DNA from: a bacterium
GTDB lineage: Bacteria; Patescibacteriota; Minisyncoccia; UBA6257; JAGOQP01
Length of the DNA stretch: 64,000 bases
Direction: 5' to 3'
NCBI GenBank assembly: GCA_021780615.1
Contig: JAJXYJ010000022.1
Location: 809-64,808, forward strand
Under the pieces are notes generated by a model, which was not told where the DNA came from, made no database searches, and saw only the letters and a list, made by a program, of their open reading frames with translations. Shown here piece after piece: positions 18,888 to 30,502 of this stretch (position 1 is its first letter; every line of letters starts with the position of its first letter). The position numbers were made by a program, and so were the translations under genes.

Positions 18888-21800
18888 TCCTGCTTACGCT
18901 CATTGCAGGACTTTTTATTTTTCGAGCCACAGTTGCCTACGGATATACCACCGACACTCATCAATTTCTTACTGAAACTTCGGCGCGATTGTATAACAAC
19001 ACGTATACAAATGAACAAATAAATCAAACACTCATCCCCTTTCTGCTGGATGGCGCCCGAAGGGAAGACGACGCTCCCCGATGGATGAATCATTTTTATG
19101 ACCCAATACACGAAACGGGACTTACTTATAACGCAGCTATAGATCCATGGATAAACGTGGGTAATTGGCAAAGTGCAAAGCTGTGGGCACAAGACTCCGC
19201 AAATCAAACGGGACTCAAATACACCCCCGCCATTGCAAGCATTTTATCGTTTTTTGAAACGGGAACTATACAAAAATTCCTCCCCACGTCCGATTTTACA
19301 TGGAATAAGGCACTCACCTACTGGGTGCAAGGCGACAAGGAAATGGCAATGTTTACATTAGGACACGTCATACATCTATTACAAGATGTATCAGTGCCAG
19401 ACCATACCAGAAACGATCCTCATCCAGGAGACAGCCCTTATGAAAATTACACGGCACAATTTACGCCCAATCATCCCGATGTAAATACATACGCAAATGC
19501 CCAACAAAAAGGAATTACAGCACTTGCAAATATAAACGATTATTTTAAAGGATTGGCAACATACTCAAATAATAATTTCTACAGCAAAGATACTATAGGA
19601 CTACAGAGTGGCTATTCCTTGCCACAACCGGATAGTTATTCAAAAAGTAATGGTGGCAGAGAATATGAGATTGGTACAAATTCTGATGGCGACTATAGGC
19701 TCGTAATGAGCTTATCAAATAAAGGAAGTTTAGTATTGGGAAACACAAAAGCACTGACTATAGATGATGCAGGCATACAAAACGACTACTGGAAACTTCT
19801 ATCAACGAAAGCTACACAATATAGCGCCGGCCTTATGCATGCATTCATACAAGAGGCATATGCAAAAGAAAAAGATCCATCGTTTGTTGTGCGTCCCGAA
19901 TCGTCATTTTTGGGACAAATTGTCTCCACCGCACAAAATGCTTTTAACCAAGTAAGCGGTTTTATACAGACAACAGTATTTGGAAAACCCGCATTCAGCA
20001 CTGTTCAAGAAATTCCACTTACGCAACAAGATAACACCTCATCGGGCGCATCTGACACCACATTAAGCACACCATATAACGCACCAACACAAACGCCCCG
20101 CCCATCATTCGCCCCATCTACAACACTCATTCCCACACCTTCTCCGATATCATTACCCAAAACATCCACAACACCCGTACCAATACCAAAGTCGACCACA
20201 ACACCAAAACCAAATCCAACACCAACCCCAAAACCAACAGCTACTCCAAAACCGAGCGCAACGCCAAAGCCAACCACAACACCAAGTATACAAGCAAATC
20301 AAGCAACTCCGTCATGTGCTCTTTCGTATGCATCACCGACGTGGGGACCCGTTATATTGAGCGAAGTGGCGTGGATGGGAACAGCCGCAAGTACCGCTGA
20401 TGAATGGATTGAACTCAAAAACATAGGAGCTGCATCGGTGACTCTATCCGGATGGACCATACGCAACGAAAGCGGCAGTGTCGCCATCAACCTGGGAGCG
20501 GGAACAACAAAAACCCTATCCCCCGGGGAGCACATGCTATTAGAAAGAACGGATGATACGACGTTGCCCAACATAAAAGCGGACATTATATATACCGGCG
20601 CACTGGCAAATAGCAATGAAAAACTTCAACTCTTTAACGCATCGTGCATGCTCCAAGACGCCGCATACGCATCACCACAATGGCCCGCAGGAAATGCTTC
20701 GGAAAAAAGGACGATGGAACGAAACGGGGCAACACATGGCTGGTATAGCTCAAGCGTTATCGGCGGGACACCTCATGCAAACAATTCAGCAATCCCCACT
20801 CCAACCCCAACTCCAACCCCCGCGCCATCAAATGGTGGAGGCGGTGGCGGAGGTGGAAATACAAATCAAACCCCAACACCAACACCAACACCAAATCCAA
20901 CCCCGACCCCAACTCCATCTGCGTCGCCAACTCCTGAACCATCACCAACTCCAACGCCCACCCCTACACCATCACCATCACCAACTCCAATAGTACTGAC
21001 ATCCGGCGATATACGTATAACCGAGATTATGTATAACACTTCCGACGCCGATGAAGGAAGGGAATGGATAGAAATATATAATGCATCTCTGCAAAATATT
21101 CCCACAGAAACAATCCGCATTAATGAAGGAGAATCCCACCATTATATACACACCGCAAACGATACAGATGGCATATTGCCCGCAGAAACATACATCGTTA
21201 TTGCCAACAATCCAGAAAAATTTATGGCAGACTATCCATTTTATACCGGACAACTTTTTAAAAGCGCATTTTCACTGAGCAACGAAGGAGAAATAATACA
21301 GATCACCAATCAAGATACCATTTTAGATGAGCTGTCCTACACCAAAGACCAAGGAGCAAATGGAAATGAGAAAACATTACAAAATATAGACGGCACATGG
21401 TATGAAGCAACTCCCTCGCCAGGACGAGCAAATAGCATTAACGACATAGTACATACCGACACAGCAACATCGTCAGAGATGCTCACCAAAGAACCCCAAC
21501 AAGTCCATATAACATATACTCCTGCGACCGTCAGTATAACCGCAACATGGGACTACGAGCCGCACACCTACGACACAGAAATTACCTACACCGTACATGA
21601 CATGACCGATCCCGCACACGATCAGATATTAACAACAACCACCGATATCGCCGCTACCATACCACTACGCAGTGTAGGTACGACTTATCGTATTGGTGTG
21701 CAGGCAACACAAGAAGGAAAAGATCCTTCGCCAATAACCCCGCATGAAATACAGGTTCCCAGTTTTGTAAAAAATATAGCCTTTTATGATGCGGCACATC

Positions 21801-22651
21801 CGACGGCAGACATATTTTTTGATCACTACCCATTCATACCCAATGGCATTCAGGAAGCCCTCGGAAAAAGACTGATGGTATTTTACTACAACACTGATGC
21901 AGTGCCGCAAACAATAATTGAAGGAAGTATTTTTAACACTGGCAGTGCATGGGGTCCTGAAGCAATGCACAACCTCACCGATGTTTCATATAATTTTTGC
22001 AGAAGCGGATACGGATCACAGCACACACTCATTATGGCAGACGATCTAAATACCTGTTTTGGCACGGTGACACCAGAAAGCATTGACACAAAAGAACTAC
22101 GAATATTTCCCGAAACAAGCGCTCCCGAAAATGGTTCATTTCTAACCGTTGCATTCTTTACACTCACCCAATCAAACATCTGGAGTGGTGGAACGGAAAC
22201 ATACACGTTGTTAGCTGTTGATAAAACACACTATCCATTTTTATCAACTATCACAAAAATCCCACCAACTAATCCTGACATCCTATCCGTCACAACAACA
22301 CCAATAATCAATGGTACCGGTGGACAACTTTCATTGCGTTGGAGAGTAGCAACTGATCCTGATGGATACAACAATCACATCCAATATAGTATTGCCTACC
22401 ACCTCACATCAGATGGGAGTGAACCTGTATGGCAAGACATATATTGCACTCCTTCAGATAATGAATGCACCAACACATCTCAATACATACCAACACCAGG
22501 AACCTATACCATACTTTTACGCGCCCAAGATGAACAGGGAAAATATTCTGATGTTATAGAAGCAACCACCATCGTCCAAGACGATACACTAGTCGGCATC
22601 AATAGAAAAAACATTGCTATAACTATATGTGCACAGCATCAATATGTATAA
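18866..22651 (+). CDS. Large secreted multidomain protein. It has an N-terminal Zn-dependent PLC/S1-P1 nuclease-like domain, Pro/Thr-rich linkers, two lamin-tail domains (LTD) and C-terminal beta-rich (FN3/Ig-like) domains.
   Basis: Signal peptide [41 protein letters not shown] matches the H-x3-D-x3-P-x-H zinc motif of phospholipase C/P1 nuclease (compare HYLGDVNQPMH and HFIGDMTQPLH). Two LTD-like segments: [36 protein letters not shown] and [31 protein letters not shown] linkers. Confidence 0.55.
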   Translation: MENRKYVVLLTLIAGLFIFRATVAYGYTTDTHQFLTETSARLYNNTYTNEQINQTLIPFLLDGARREDDAPRWMNHFYDPIHETGLTYNAAIDPWINVGNWQSAKLWAQDSANQTGLKYTPAIASILSFFETGTIQKFLPTSDFTWNKALTYWVQGDKEMAMFTLGHVIHLLQDVSVPDHTRNDPHPGDSPYENYTAQFTPNHPDVNTYANAQQKGITALANINDYFKGLATYSNNNFYSKDTIGLQSGYSLPQPDSYSKSNGGREYEIGTNSDGDYRLVMSLSNKGSLVLGNTKALTIDDAGIQNDYWKLLSTKATQYSAGLMHAFIQEAYAKEKDPSFVVRPESSFLGQIVSTAQNAFNQVSGFIQTTVFGKPAFSTVQEIPLTQQDNTSSGASDTTLSTPYNAPTQTPRPSFAPSTTLIPTPSPISLPKTSTTPVPIPKSTTTPKPNPTPTPKPTATPKPSATPKPTTTPSIQANQATPSCALSYASPTWGPVILSEVAWMGTAASTADEWIELKNIGAASVTLSGWTIRNESGSVAINLGAGTTKTLSPGEHMLLERTDDTTLPNIKADIIYTGALANSNEKLQLFNASCMLQDAAYASPQWPAGNASEKRTMERNGATHGWYSSSVIGGTPHANNSAIPTPTPTPTPAPSNGGGGGGGGNTNQTPTPTPTPNPTPTPTPSASPTPEPSPTPTPTPTPSPSPTPIVLTSGDIRITEIMYNTSDADEGREWIEIYNASLQNIPTETIRINEGESHHYIHTANDTDGILPAETYIVIANNPEKFMADYPFYTGQLFKSAFSLSNEGEIIQITNQDTILDELSYTKDQGANGNEKTLQNIDGTWYEATPSPGRANSINDIVHTDTATSSEMLTKEPQQVHITYTPATVSITATWDYEPHTYDTEITYTVHDMTDPAHDQILTTTTDIAATIPLRSVGTTYRIGVQATQEGKDPSPITPHEIQVPSFVKNIAFYDAAHPTADIFFDHYPFIPNGIQEALGKRLMVFYYNTDAVPQTIIEGSIFNTGSAWGPEAMHNLTDVSYNFCRSGYGSQHTLIMADDLNTCFGTVTPESIDTKELRIFPETSAPENGSFLTVAFFTLTQSNIWSGGTETYTLLAVDKTHYPFLSTITKIPPTNPDILSVTTTPIINGTGGQLSLRWRVATDPDGYNNHIQYSIAYHLTSDGSEPVWQDIYCTPSDNECTNTSQYIPTPGTYTILLRAQDEQGKYSDVIEATTIVQDDTLVGINRKNIAITICAQHQYV

Positions 22652-23049
22652 AAAAGAGGCGACCTAAGGATCAATCAACGCTCGAAATTCTCACACTTCT
22701 TGCCGTGGCCCCTCGTCACACCCTCGAAAGTGAGACAATATTCTCCAAAAGTCATTACGGGATATGTGCACAGCTCCTCCATGTTGATTCGCGCGAAACA
22801 CACCTCGAACAAATTCTGAGGACACGGGAGTACAAAATAAAAGAAAGATTTTTCCGCATTGTCTATAAACTTCGCCAAGAAGGCATGATTGAAGCATATA
22901 ATCCGCACTCCCGAACAAGCATAACACTTACTCGAAAAGGATGTCGCTTCGTACAAAAAACGGTATCAAAAGAAGTATTTGAAAAGATGAAGGATGTCAT
23001 TGGGGTTAAGAAAATACCCTTGTCTTGCTACTCCATAAGCAATATATAA
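22627..23049 (+). CDS. Hypothetical small protein, possibly a winged-helix DNA-binding protein
   Basis: 140-aa ORF overlapping the end of the upstream gene. [15 protein letters not shown] is wHTH-like. Start is uncertain. Confidence 0.3.
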   Translation: MCTASICIKKRRPKDQSTLEILTLLAVAPRHTLESETIFSKSHYGICAQLLHVDSRETHLEQILRTREYKIKERFFRIVYKLRQEGMIEAYNPHSRTSITLTRKGCRFVQKTVSKEVFEKMKDVIGVKKIPLSCYSISNI

Positions 23050-23390
23050 AAAATAGAAAAAGAAAATCAAAAAAGAAAAAAATAAAAAAGAGGAATAAAA
23101 ACAGACACAATCTATTTTCTATTCAAAGGAAAAATGAAGCACGCACAAAAATAAATACTGATACTTTTCTTATCACATTGTTCCTTATAATTATAATTAC
23201 TCCCTTTGAAAAAGTTGTGGAGATTTATAGAATTTCTACGTGTATCTAGAAATGTAAGATGAAGTTTAAAGGTAAGATAAAAATTTGGGATATACATCTC
23301 ACACAATCAACGGATATAAAAAAACGTCCACTATACCATAAGATAAGGCGCCCACAGTAGACTACACGATAGCGCAAACAGCGCTCCGTA

Positions 23391-24416
23391 TTACGCTACG
23401 GGAGGAACAGGATCTTGCAGAGAACCTGAAGCAAAAAATGAAGTAATGTTAGCACTATCACCATCTAAAATACGCTGACGCGCTTCTTTTGTATCAAACG
23501 CCATGTGAGGCGTGACGATAACATTAGGCATATCCATAAGCACATGATTTGCCAACATCGCCCGAAGGTCGTGCGTAGCCGCATCCGGATGCATCACATA
23601 CGCCGCTTCATTTTGAGCAATATTTTCTTCTTCAATAACATCCAACGCCGCACCGGCAATTGTATTATTTTTTAAACCGGCGACAAGTGCTTCGGTATCA
23701 ATAAGAGCTCCTCGGGCAGTATTGATGACATACATGCCTTTCTTCATTTTTGCTATCGCATCGGCATTAATAATGTGATGTGTTTCGGGGGCATAGAAAA
23801 GATGCAAAGAAATAATATCCGATTGTGCCAACACCTCATCAAATGCCTTGTAGCCAAACCCCAACTGAGAGGCAAGTTCAGGGCGCGGAAAACGATCATA
23901 CGCAATCACCTGCATCCCAAATCCCTTGGCAATACCAATGAGGCACTGCCCAATGTGTCCGGCACCAATAACCCCCAACGTTTTTCCTTTAAGATCAAAT
24001 CCCTCCAAACCATCATATGAAAATTGATTTGTTTCTTTAATGCGGTCAGCGGCGGCAAATAATTTACGCGAAAGAGTAAGCATGAGCCCCATAGCAAATT
24101 CGGCAACGGTGTTTTCGCCGTAGTGTGACACATACCCAACTGCAATACCCTTACTGCGGGCATAGGCAACATCGATGTGATCAAACCCCGTTGAGCGAGT
24201 TGTAATAAGTTTCAGGTGAGGAAATGCATCAATAACATCCTTGGTCACATGCGAACTCACAAAAACCGAAAGAGCATCAACGTCTCGCACCTTGGGAAGA
24301 TGTTGGCTATCAAGTGCATACGGATAACAGGTAACCGTATGCCCCACGGCCGTGAGTGCGGCGGTTTGATATTGTTCTTCTTGAACATCACGAGAAAAAA
24401 GAGCGATGGATGCCAT
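23391..24416 (-). CDS. D-isomer-specific 2-hydroxyacid dehydrogenase (D-lactate dehydrogenase-like)
   Basis: GKTLGVIGAGHIGQ NAD-binding motif. Catalytic-domain layout matches D-LDH. I chose start MASIALFS to avoid a 92-nt overlap with clpP; the track ORF extends to 24524. Confidence 0.7.
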   Translation of the reverse strand: MASIALFSRDVQEEQYQTAALTAVGHTVTCYPYALDSQHLPKVRDVDALSVFVSSHVTKDVIDAFPHLKLITTRSTGFDHIDVAYARSKGIAVGYVSHYGENTVAEFAMGLMLTLSRKLFAAADRIKETNQFSYDGLEGFDLKGKTLGVIGAGHIGQCLIGIAKGFGMQVIAYDRFPRPELASQLGFGYKAFDEVLAQSDIISLHLFYAPETHHIINADAIAKMKKGMYVINTARGALIDTEALVAGLKNNTIAGAALDVIEEENIAQNEAAYVMHPDAATHDLRAMLANHVLMDMPNVIVTPHMAFDTKEARQRILDGDSANITSFFASGSLQDPVPPVA

Positions 24417-24432
24417 ATCAATAATGAATAAC

Positions 24433-25017
24433 TTATCGACTTGCTTTAATAATGTCATCAATGACACCGTATTCCTTCGCTTCGGCGGCAGAGAGATAAA
24501 AGTCACGATCGGTATCCTTTTCAATACGAGGAAGCGTCTGGCCGGTATGCTTCACTAAAATCTGGTTGAGACGATCTTTGATTTTGAGGATATGCTTTGC
24601 GGTAATTTCAATTTCCACTGCCTGCCCCTCGGCACCACCCATAACCTGGTGAAGCATAATTTCAGAATTAGGAAGAGCAAATCGTTTCCCCTTTTTACCT
24701 GCGGACAAAAGAATCGCTCCCATGGAAGCCGCCATGCCAACGCAGATAGTGGAGACATCAGGCTTGATGTGCTGCATAGTATCATAAATAGCCAATCCCG
24801 CCGTCACTGAACCACCCGGGCTATTAATATACATTTGAATATCTTTTTTGGGATCTTCGTGATTAAGAAATAGAAGTTGGGCAATAATAGAATTTGCCAC
24901 CTCATCAACGATGGGACCGCCAATAAAAACAATACGTTCTTTCAAAAGTCGAGAGTAGATATCATACGCCCGCTCTCCAAATTGAGATTTATCTATCACC
25001 ATTGGTACTAAATTCAT
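24433..25017 (-). CDS. clpP: ATP-dependent Clp protease proteolytic subunit
   Basis: [62 protein letters not shown] matches the ClpP Ser-His-Asp catalytic-triad context. The start was trimmed to [10 protein letters not shown]. Confidence 0.85.
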   Translation of the reverse strand: MNLVPMVIDKSQFGERAYDIYSRLLKERIVFIGGPIVDEVANSIIAQLLFLNHEDPKKDIQMYINSPGGSVTAGLAIYDTMQHIKPDVSTICVGMAASMGAILLSAGKKGKRFALPNSEIMLHQVMGGAEGQAVEIEITAKHILKIKDRLNQILVKHTGQTLPRIEKDTDRDFYLSAAEAKEYGVIDDIIKASR

Positions 25018-25116
25018 ATATGTAATAAGTATAAAGGATAAAAGAAAAAGTGAAAAGAAGGTACAAAGAATACTTAAGCGACTGCTGAACCGCATCTACT
25101 ACAGTCGTTAGTACAA

Positions 25117-26337
25117 CTACTCATTTTCTCCACCTTCCTTGGATGCCTCCTGAACGGTATCGTCAGAAACTACTTCAACGATACCACCTTCTTGCACTTT
25201 TTCAGGGTTCGCCTGAGAACGCACATCTATTTTAAAGTGAGTGAGCTTTGCCGCTAAACGTACATTTTGCCCACCTTTACCAATTGCCAAACTGAGCTGA
25301 TCGTCGGGCACCAACACACGCGCTTCGCGGGGACCAGTAACCTCAACTGACGTTGCTTGTGCCGGCGATAGGGCCGCTGCAATAAATTTTTCGGCGTCCT
25401 CAGACCAATCAATAATATCTATTTTTTCATTGCCTAGCTCACTATTGACCGCCATGACTCGTGATCCACGCTGGCCAACGCACGCTCCCACCGGATCAAC
25501 ACTTTCCACCGTTGAAGCGACCGCAACTTTCGTACGACTCCCCGCTTCCCGCACAATATTTTTAATCTGCACGACACCATCGGCAACTTCAGGAACTTCT
25601 AACTCAAAAAGTTTTGCGACAAAACGCGGATGCGAACGAGAAAGAATGAGGTTCGGACCTTTCATATTTTCCTGCACGGTAATAAGAAAGAATTTAAGCC
25701 GCTCACCGGTACGGTAATGTTCCCCAGGAATCGCCTCGGAATAAAACATGACGCCCGCCGCCTTTCCCAAATCAACAAAAACATTTCCACGTTCCACACG
25801 TTGTACGACGCCGTTAACCAATGACCCAATTTTACTTTCAAATTCTTTTTTTACAGAATCTTTTTCTATCTCACGCAACTTCTGTAACACAACCTGCTTC
25901 GCAGTCTGCGCCGCAATGCGTCCAAAATCAGAAGAGGGCTGTTCCACATCAAAGACGAGTTCATCGCCAACCATCGCGTCGGCTTTTATCTGCCGTGCAT
26001 CTTCTAACATAATATGCCGTTCGGAGGAAAAGAGCGGCAACACCGATTCGCCATCACTATCCGCCAACAAAGATTCAAGATGGGTATTTTGACCATCTTC
26101 CCCTTCAACGGGCAGTCGCACCGTCGTTAAATCAGTTACTGTTTTGACCTGATAAAATACCGTGGTGCCATCTTTATTATTGAGACGGCAACGAATAATT
26201 TCGCCGCGCTTGTTATATTCTTTTTTATACGCTGATGCGAGTGCAGCCTCAATCGCTTCGATAATCTGATCAGCCTGCATATCCTTTTCAGCTGCCAACT
26301 GCTCGATCGCTTTATGTAATGTTTTGATATCCAACAT
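25117..26337 (-). CDS. nusA: Transcription termination/antitermination factor NusA
   Basis: S1 domain followed by tandem KH domains (VGACVGQRGSRV..., AIGKGGQNVRLAAKL). Length is 406 aa. Confidence 0.85.
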   Translation of the reverse strand: MLDIKTLHKAIEQLAAEKDMQADQIIEAIEAALASAYKKEYNKRGEIIRCRLNNKDGTTVFYQVKTVTDLTTVRLPVEGEDGQNTHLESLLADSDGESVLPLFSSERHIMLEDARQIKADAMVGDELVFDVEQPSSDFGRIAAQTAKQVVLQKLREIEKDSVKKEFESKIGSLVNGVVQRVERGNVFVDLGKAAGVMFYSEAIPGEHYRTGERLKFFLITVQENMKGPNLILSRSHPRFVAKLFELEVPEVADGVVQIKNIVREAGSRTKVAVASTVESVDPVGACVGQRGSRVMAVNSELGNEKIDIIDWSEDAEKFIAAALSPAQATSVEVTGPREARVLVPDDQLSLAIGKGGQNVRLAAKLTHFKIDVRSQANPEKVQEGGIVEVVSDDTVQEASKEGGENE

Positions 26338-26532
26338 ACCTCTCTATTCTATTATTATATAATGATACTCTTAACAATACATCCGCTTCGAGGCGGATGT
26401 AACTGATAAAAAAAGTGTATACCTTTTTTATAAAAAGTCAACGCACGCAAAACAATACCCACCAGAAAAAAAGAAGTAAAAACGCCCACGCTTACCATGA
26501 GTTAGTACCTCAAAAACTCCCCACATTCGCTT

Positions 26533-27219
26533 CTATGAGCTATGGTTTTTAAGCGTGTTAATCAATGAAGCGGCATAGTCCTTGCCACCCAATCCAAAAG
26601 CAATACCTCCGGCCAATGCAATCATGGCAATAATACCGGTTACCATAGTTTGAATAAGTTGTGCGGCAATACCCAATTGCAACAAGGCCGCCAAGAAACC
26701 AAAGACAACCGTCGCCCACCAGGTAAGTGCTCCTAGAAACTTAGATGCATGCAATTTTGCACTTTTAATAGAGCCGCCCACCAACGTCCGCAGAAAATTA
26801 GCAACAATAACTGCGACTAAAACAATAAGAACTGCCACAATGATGTTGGGAAAATATAACAACACCGATCCCAAAAAACTAGACAAACCCCATAAACCCA
26901 AAATATCCGAGGCGGCAAGCACAATAACAATCACAAAAAACCAATAGACTAATCCCCCGACAAATCGACCGCTATCCAACTGAAATCCCCCGCGATGCAA
27001 AAAATCCTCCACATGTACCTTTCGCAACAGCGCATCAATTTTAAGCGCAGAAATAATTTTTGCAAAAATACTTCGCAAGACAGAGGCAATAAGCACCCCC
27101 ACAATAAGCACGATAAGCGCGGCAATGAGCGAGGGAAGAAAACCAATAATCACCCCCCAGGTATTTTGAAACGATTGAGTGATGAGGTCCGTCCACGTAT
27201 ATGCGTTTGATGTATACAT
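26533..27219 (-). CDS. Polytopic membrane protein with conserved TM-helix repeats (MscS-associated TM_helix-like)
   Basis: Repeated hydrophobic helices with GG/GL motifs. Start chosen at MYTSNAY. No enzymatic motif found. Confidence 0.35.
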   Translation of the reverse strand: MYTSNAYTWTDLITQSFQNTWGVIIGFLPSLIAALIVLIVGVLIASVLRSIFAKIISALKIDALLRKVHVEDFLHRGGFQLDSGRFVGGLVYWFFVIVIVLAASDILGLWGLSSFLGSVLLYFPNIIVAVLIVLVAVIVANFLRTLVGGSIKSAKLHASKFLGALTWWATVVFGFLAALLQLGIAAQLIQTMVTGIIAMIALAGGIAFGLGGKDYAASLINTLKNHSS

Positions 27220-27403
27220 ATTAATAGTAAAAATGAAGTTAATTATTAGTAGCAATAATGAACAGTAGCACAATGAATTTTCCAATGGAGACAACGGTAC
27301 ATATGCCCCACTGGCGGCCTTTCGTATATATACAAGTATACCTCATATATACAAAAATAAATATCCACTGTATACACTCACATAAATACGATATACTATA
27401 CGC

Positions 27404-27769
27404 ATGTCTCTTATAAACCGCATCATTACTCACTTCGTCGCCAATGTGCTTGCTCTCATTGGAGCGGTGTACTGGATTCCGGGCATTGCAGTTAGTGGAT
27501 CGTGGGTTGCCTACGCGAAGATAGCCCTCGTCCTCACTGTTCTCAATATGACCATCAAACCGATTCTCAAGCTCATCCTGAGCCCCTTTATTTTTATCAC
27601 GCTGGGATTAGGAATTATTGTCGTAAATGCTCTCGTCTTATACGTACTTGATATACTCATGAATGAATTGACCATAACTGGACTTTATCCGCTCGTCTAT
27701 GCTACCCTTCTTATCAGTGTGGTAAATGTCGTTATTGTAGCGATAACACGCCGAAAAACAACGTCATAA
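27404..27769 (+). CDS. Small 4-TM integral membrane protein (PF04020/phage-holin-4-like family)
   Basis: 121 aa. ITHFVANVLALIGAVYWIPGI... shows a typical four-helix arrangement. Confidence 0.4.
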   Translation: MSLINRIITHFVANVLALIGAVYWIPGIAVSGSWVAYAKIALVLTVLNMTIKPILKLILSPFIFITLGLGIIVVNALVLYVLDILMNELTITGLYPLVYATLLISVVNVVIVAITRRKTTS

Positions 27770-27798
27770 ACGGCACACGCTTTTTATCTACAACATCT

Positions 27799-28026
27799 AT
27801 GGATATAAAAACTATCATTTCCGCGCTTCAACTCCTTGTGGCTGGAGCCCTCGTTGTTCTTGTGGTCATTCAAGATAGTGGCTCAGGCATGGGTGAAGCG
27901 ATTGGTGGAGGATCACAAGGATTTTCCCAACAACGTCGAGGTCTTGCTAAAGGCATGTTTGTGGCGACCATCGTTGGCCTCGCCCTCTTTATTGCAACGT
28001 CTTTGGCAAACTTACTTATCAAATAG
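27799..28026 (+). CDS. secG: Preprotein translocase subunit SecG
   Basis: 75 aa with two TM helices separated by a Gly-rich loop (QDSGSGMGEAIGGGSQGFSQQRRGLAKG). Confidence 0.65.
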   Translation: MDIKTIISALQLLVAGALVVLVVIQDSGSGMGEAIGGGSQGFSQQRRGLAKGMFVATIVGLALFIATSLANLLIK

Positions 28027-28037
28027 CATAGTAACAC

Positions 28038-29696
28038 ATGATCACATCGATCATACAAACGTTCTCGCGCAGGGAGCGGGTATGGGCTATTATTGCCCTC
28101 ATTGCGGCATGTATATCAGGCGCCTATATTTTTGTGGCATTCATTAATAAGGTAACGTATCTGGCGCCGGCAACAGGAGGGATATACACCGAAGGGATTG
28201 TCGGACAGGTGGCGTTCGTTAACCCCGTCTTGGCAAGTGATGGTACCCCAGATGAAGACGTGGTATCTCTCACTTTTGCCAACATGCTTGATTTGGCAGA
28301 AAGCATAAAGCCCAGTAATAATTTTCAAACATGGAACGTTCGTCTCAAAGCGGGAGCCACATGGCAAGACGGCACTCCCCTGACCAGCGATGATGTTATT
28401 TTTACCGTACAAACAATAAAAAATCCCGATACCGGATCTCCCCTCGCACACGATTGGCAAAATATTACGCCGGTGTATGTGAGCGCCCGAGAGGTTCAGT
28501 TTCAACTCACCAGCCCCTATGCCCCTTTTGAAAATCTCTTGCGTCAACTCCGCCCTATTCCCAAAAAACTATTTGCCACCATCGCACCGGCAAACATAAA
28601 GCTCTCAGCCTACAACTTGCAACCCATTGGCAGTGGTCCTTTTAAATACAAAGAACTCAGTAAAAAAAGCAACGGATTTATCACGTCTTACACGCTTGTC
28701 CGTAATAACCAGTATCAACATATCGGCCCAAAGCCATACATAGACGGTATTACCATTCACTTCTTTGAAAACGACATTGATTTACTTAATGCATTTAACA
28801 TGGGGATTATTGATGGATTCGGCACCACCAACCCGCTCATAACCGATGGCATCGACATTAATGCCACCATTCACGACATTCCCATGATGAAGTATTACGC
28901 CGTATTCTTTAATCAAAATGCCGATCCCGTTCTTGCCGACAGCGCTGTCCGAGAAGCATTAAATGTTGCCATAGATCGCAACGCACTCATTACTAATGTG
29001 TTTAAAGGGAAGGCAACTCCAGAACAGGGCCCTATCCCCCTCATGGAAAATAGTACATCCACAACATCATCAAGCACTTCTCAACAAAGCCCATCAACAC
29101 AAGCGCAACAAATTCTCACTGCTGACGGATGGACACAGGGAGCCAGTGGATGGCAGAAAACAGGTAAAAATGGCACCCAACAAATTCTCCCGACACTCAC
29201 CGTTCCCAATGTACCCATCCTTACGAATCTCGCTCACGAATTACAGAACCAATGGAAAGCGGCAGGAATATCAATTTCTCTGCAAATTGTTGACCCTGCA
29301 ACACTACAAAGCACTATTATTCAAACGAGGAATTATAGCATGCTCCTCTTTGGCAATGTTCTTCTCCCCGATCCTGATTTGTTTAATTTTTGGGCATCAA
29401 CACAAAGCTACTATCCCGGTCTCAATTTGTCCCTCTACAGCAATACTACTGTTGATAATCTCATTCAATCACTCAAACAAATTCCTTCACCCAGTGATGC
29501 GCGCACCCAGGCATTACAAACCCTCAATAACACCATCACCGCCGACCTTCCCGCATTATTTTTAGTTTCCCCACAATATATCTACGTCACTCGGACCAAT
29601 GTACAGGATATTTCTATCCCTACCATTTCACTCCCCGAAGATCGTTTTAACAACGTCACATCCTGGTACTTACGTACCAGCCGCGTATTTAAATGA
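28038..29696 (+). CDS. ABC transporter substrate-binding protein, family 5 (OppA/DppA-like)
   Basis: 552 aa with an N-terminal membrane anchor. SBP_bac_5-like core (TWNVRLKAGATWQDGTPLTSDDVIFT...). Confidence 0.55.
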   Translation: MITSIIQTFSRRERVWAIIALIAACISGAYIFVAFINKVTYLAPATGGIYTEGIVGQVAFVNPVLASDGTPDEDVVSLTFANMLDLAESIKPSNNFQTWNVRLKAGATWQDGTPLTSDDVIFTVQTIKNPDTGSPLAHDWQNITPVYVSAREVQFQLTSPYAPFENLLRQLRPIPKKLFATIAPANIKLSAYNLQPIGSGPFKYKELSKKSNGFITSYTLVRNNQYQHIGPKPYIDGITIHFFENDIDLLNAFNMGIIDGFGTTNPLITDGIDINATIHDIPMMKYYAVFFNQNADPVLADSAVREALNVAIDRNALITNVFKGKATPEQGPIPLMENSTSTTSSSTSQQSPSTQAQQILTADGWTQGASGWQKTGKNGTQQILPTLTVPNVPILTNLAHELQNQWKAAGISISLQIVDPATLQSTIIQTRNYSMLLFGNVLLPDPDLFNFWASTQSYYPGLNLSLYSNTTVDNLIQSLKQIPSPSDARTQALQTLNNTITADLPALFLVSPQYIYVTRTNVQDISIPTISLPEDRFNNVTSWYLRTSRVFK

Positions 29697-30502
29697 GTAT
29701 AGACACCCTGCTCACCGCACGACTTCATACCCACACCACACTCCCTCTTGCATACCACAAGGGCACTTTACATATACCCCCATCTCTTTCCTATGAATCG
29801 TATCAGGAAAAACGGTACCATACCTGGCATCACTCATTTGAAGCGGACCATCTTGACGGGGATAAGCTCCTCTACTATACTTACCGGACTGTATGCCACA
29901 GGAATCATCGACGTATATTTGCCCAAGGGCACATACACTATGATTTGACGGTACTTGTGGCCACCGCTATCGGAAACGAACCAAATAGAACTGTCGGACA
30001 CCTTCATGGTCTTATAACATCACAGGGAGTGCGCCCTCCTGAACTATACGAAGTCATCAGCGGCAGTGCGCTCTTTATTTTTCAACCAGTACACGAAAAA
30101 AAAATCTATACCCTTCGCGCAAAAACCGGTGACATTATTCCTGTCCCCGGCGATTGGGGACACATTACCGTTAATGCAAGCGCGCGCCGTCCACTTATTA
30201 TCAGCAATCTTTTTTGGACAGACGCACCGGTATCTGATTATAATTTTTTTGAAAACACATCTGGTCCCGCATGGTACCCCCATGGACATGGGTCAAAGAT
30301 TTCTTTTCACAAAAATTATCATCAGAAAAAAATGTATCAGCGCATCTCGCTGGCGCGCCCCACATTGCCCAAAGGCATCCTACGAGGTATCCCGCTCTAC
30401 CGCCAATACCAGCACCACCCCGATGCCTTTTCATTTCTCATACCGACACCCCACCATGATTCATTGCACCTTACAGACTGTTACACCCCCCACCATGCCT
30501 AG
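29693..30502 (+). CDS. His-rich cupin-domain protein, possibly a cupin-type sugar-phosphate isomerase
   Basis: GHLHGL...PPELYEVISGSALFIFQ resembles the cupin motifs G(X)5HXH...E(X)6G. There is a 4-nt overlap with the SBP gene. The function is speculative. Confidence 0.35.
   Translation: MSIDTLLTARLHTHTTLPLAYHKGTLHIPPSLSYESYQEKRYHTWHHSFEADHLDGDKLLYYTYRTVCHRNHRRIFAQGHIHYDLTVLVATAIGNEPNRTVGHLHGLITSQGVRPPELYEVISGSALFIFQPVHEKKIYTLRAKTGDIIPVPGDWGHITVNASARRPLIISNLFWTDAPVSDYNFFENTSGPAWYPHGHGSKISFHKNYHQKKMYQRISLARPTLPKGILRGIPLYRQYQHHPDAFSFLIPTPHHDSLHLTDCYTPHHA

Noticed and set aside
20005-21120. Several antisense and alternative-frame ORFs (for example 20005-20277 minus, 20616-20993 plus, 20866-21120 minus) with GVGVG or QPQ repeats
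   Set aside because: They lie inside the PTPTPTP-encoding linker regions of the large secreted protein gene. Repetitive codons keep the other frames open. They are spurious.
26383-26404. Hairpin acatccgc-ttcgag-gcggatgt upstream of nusA as a terminator or attenuator
   Set aside because: It is a perfect 8-bp stem but has no adjacent U-run on either strand. It could be a structural element of the nusA leader but cannot be supported further from sequence alone.
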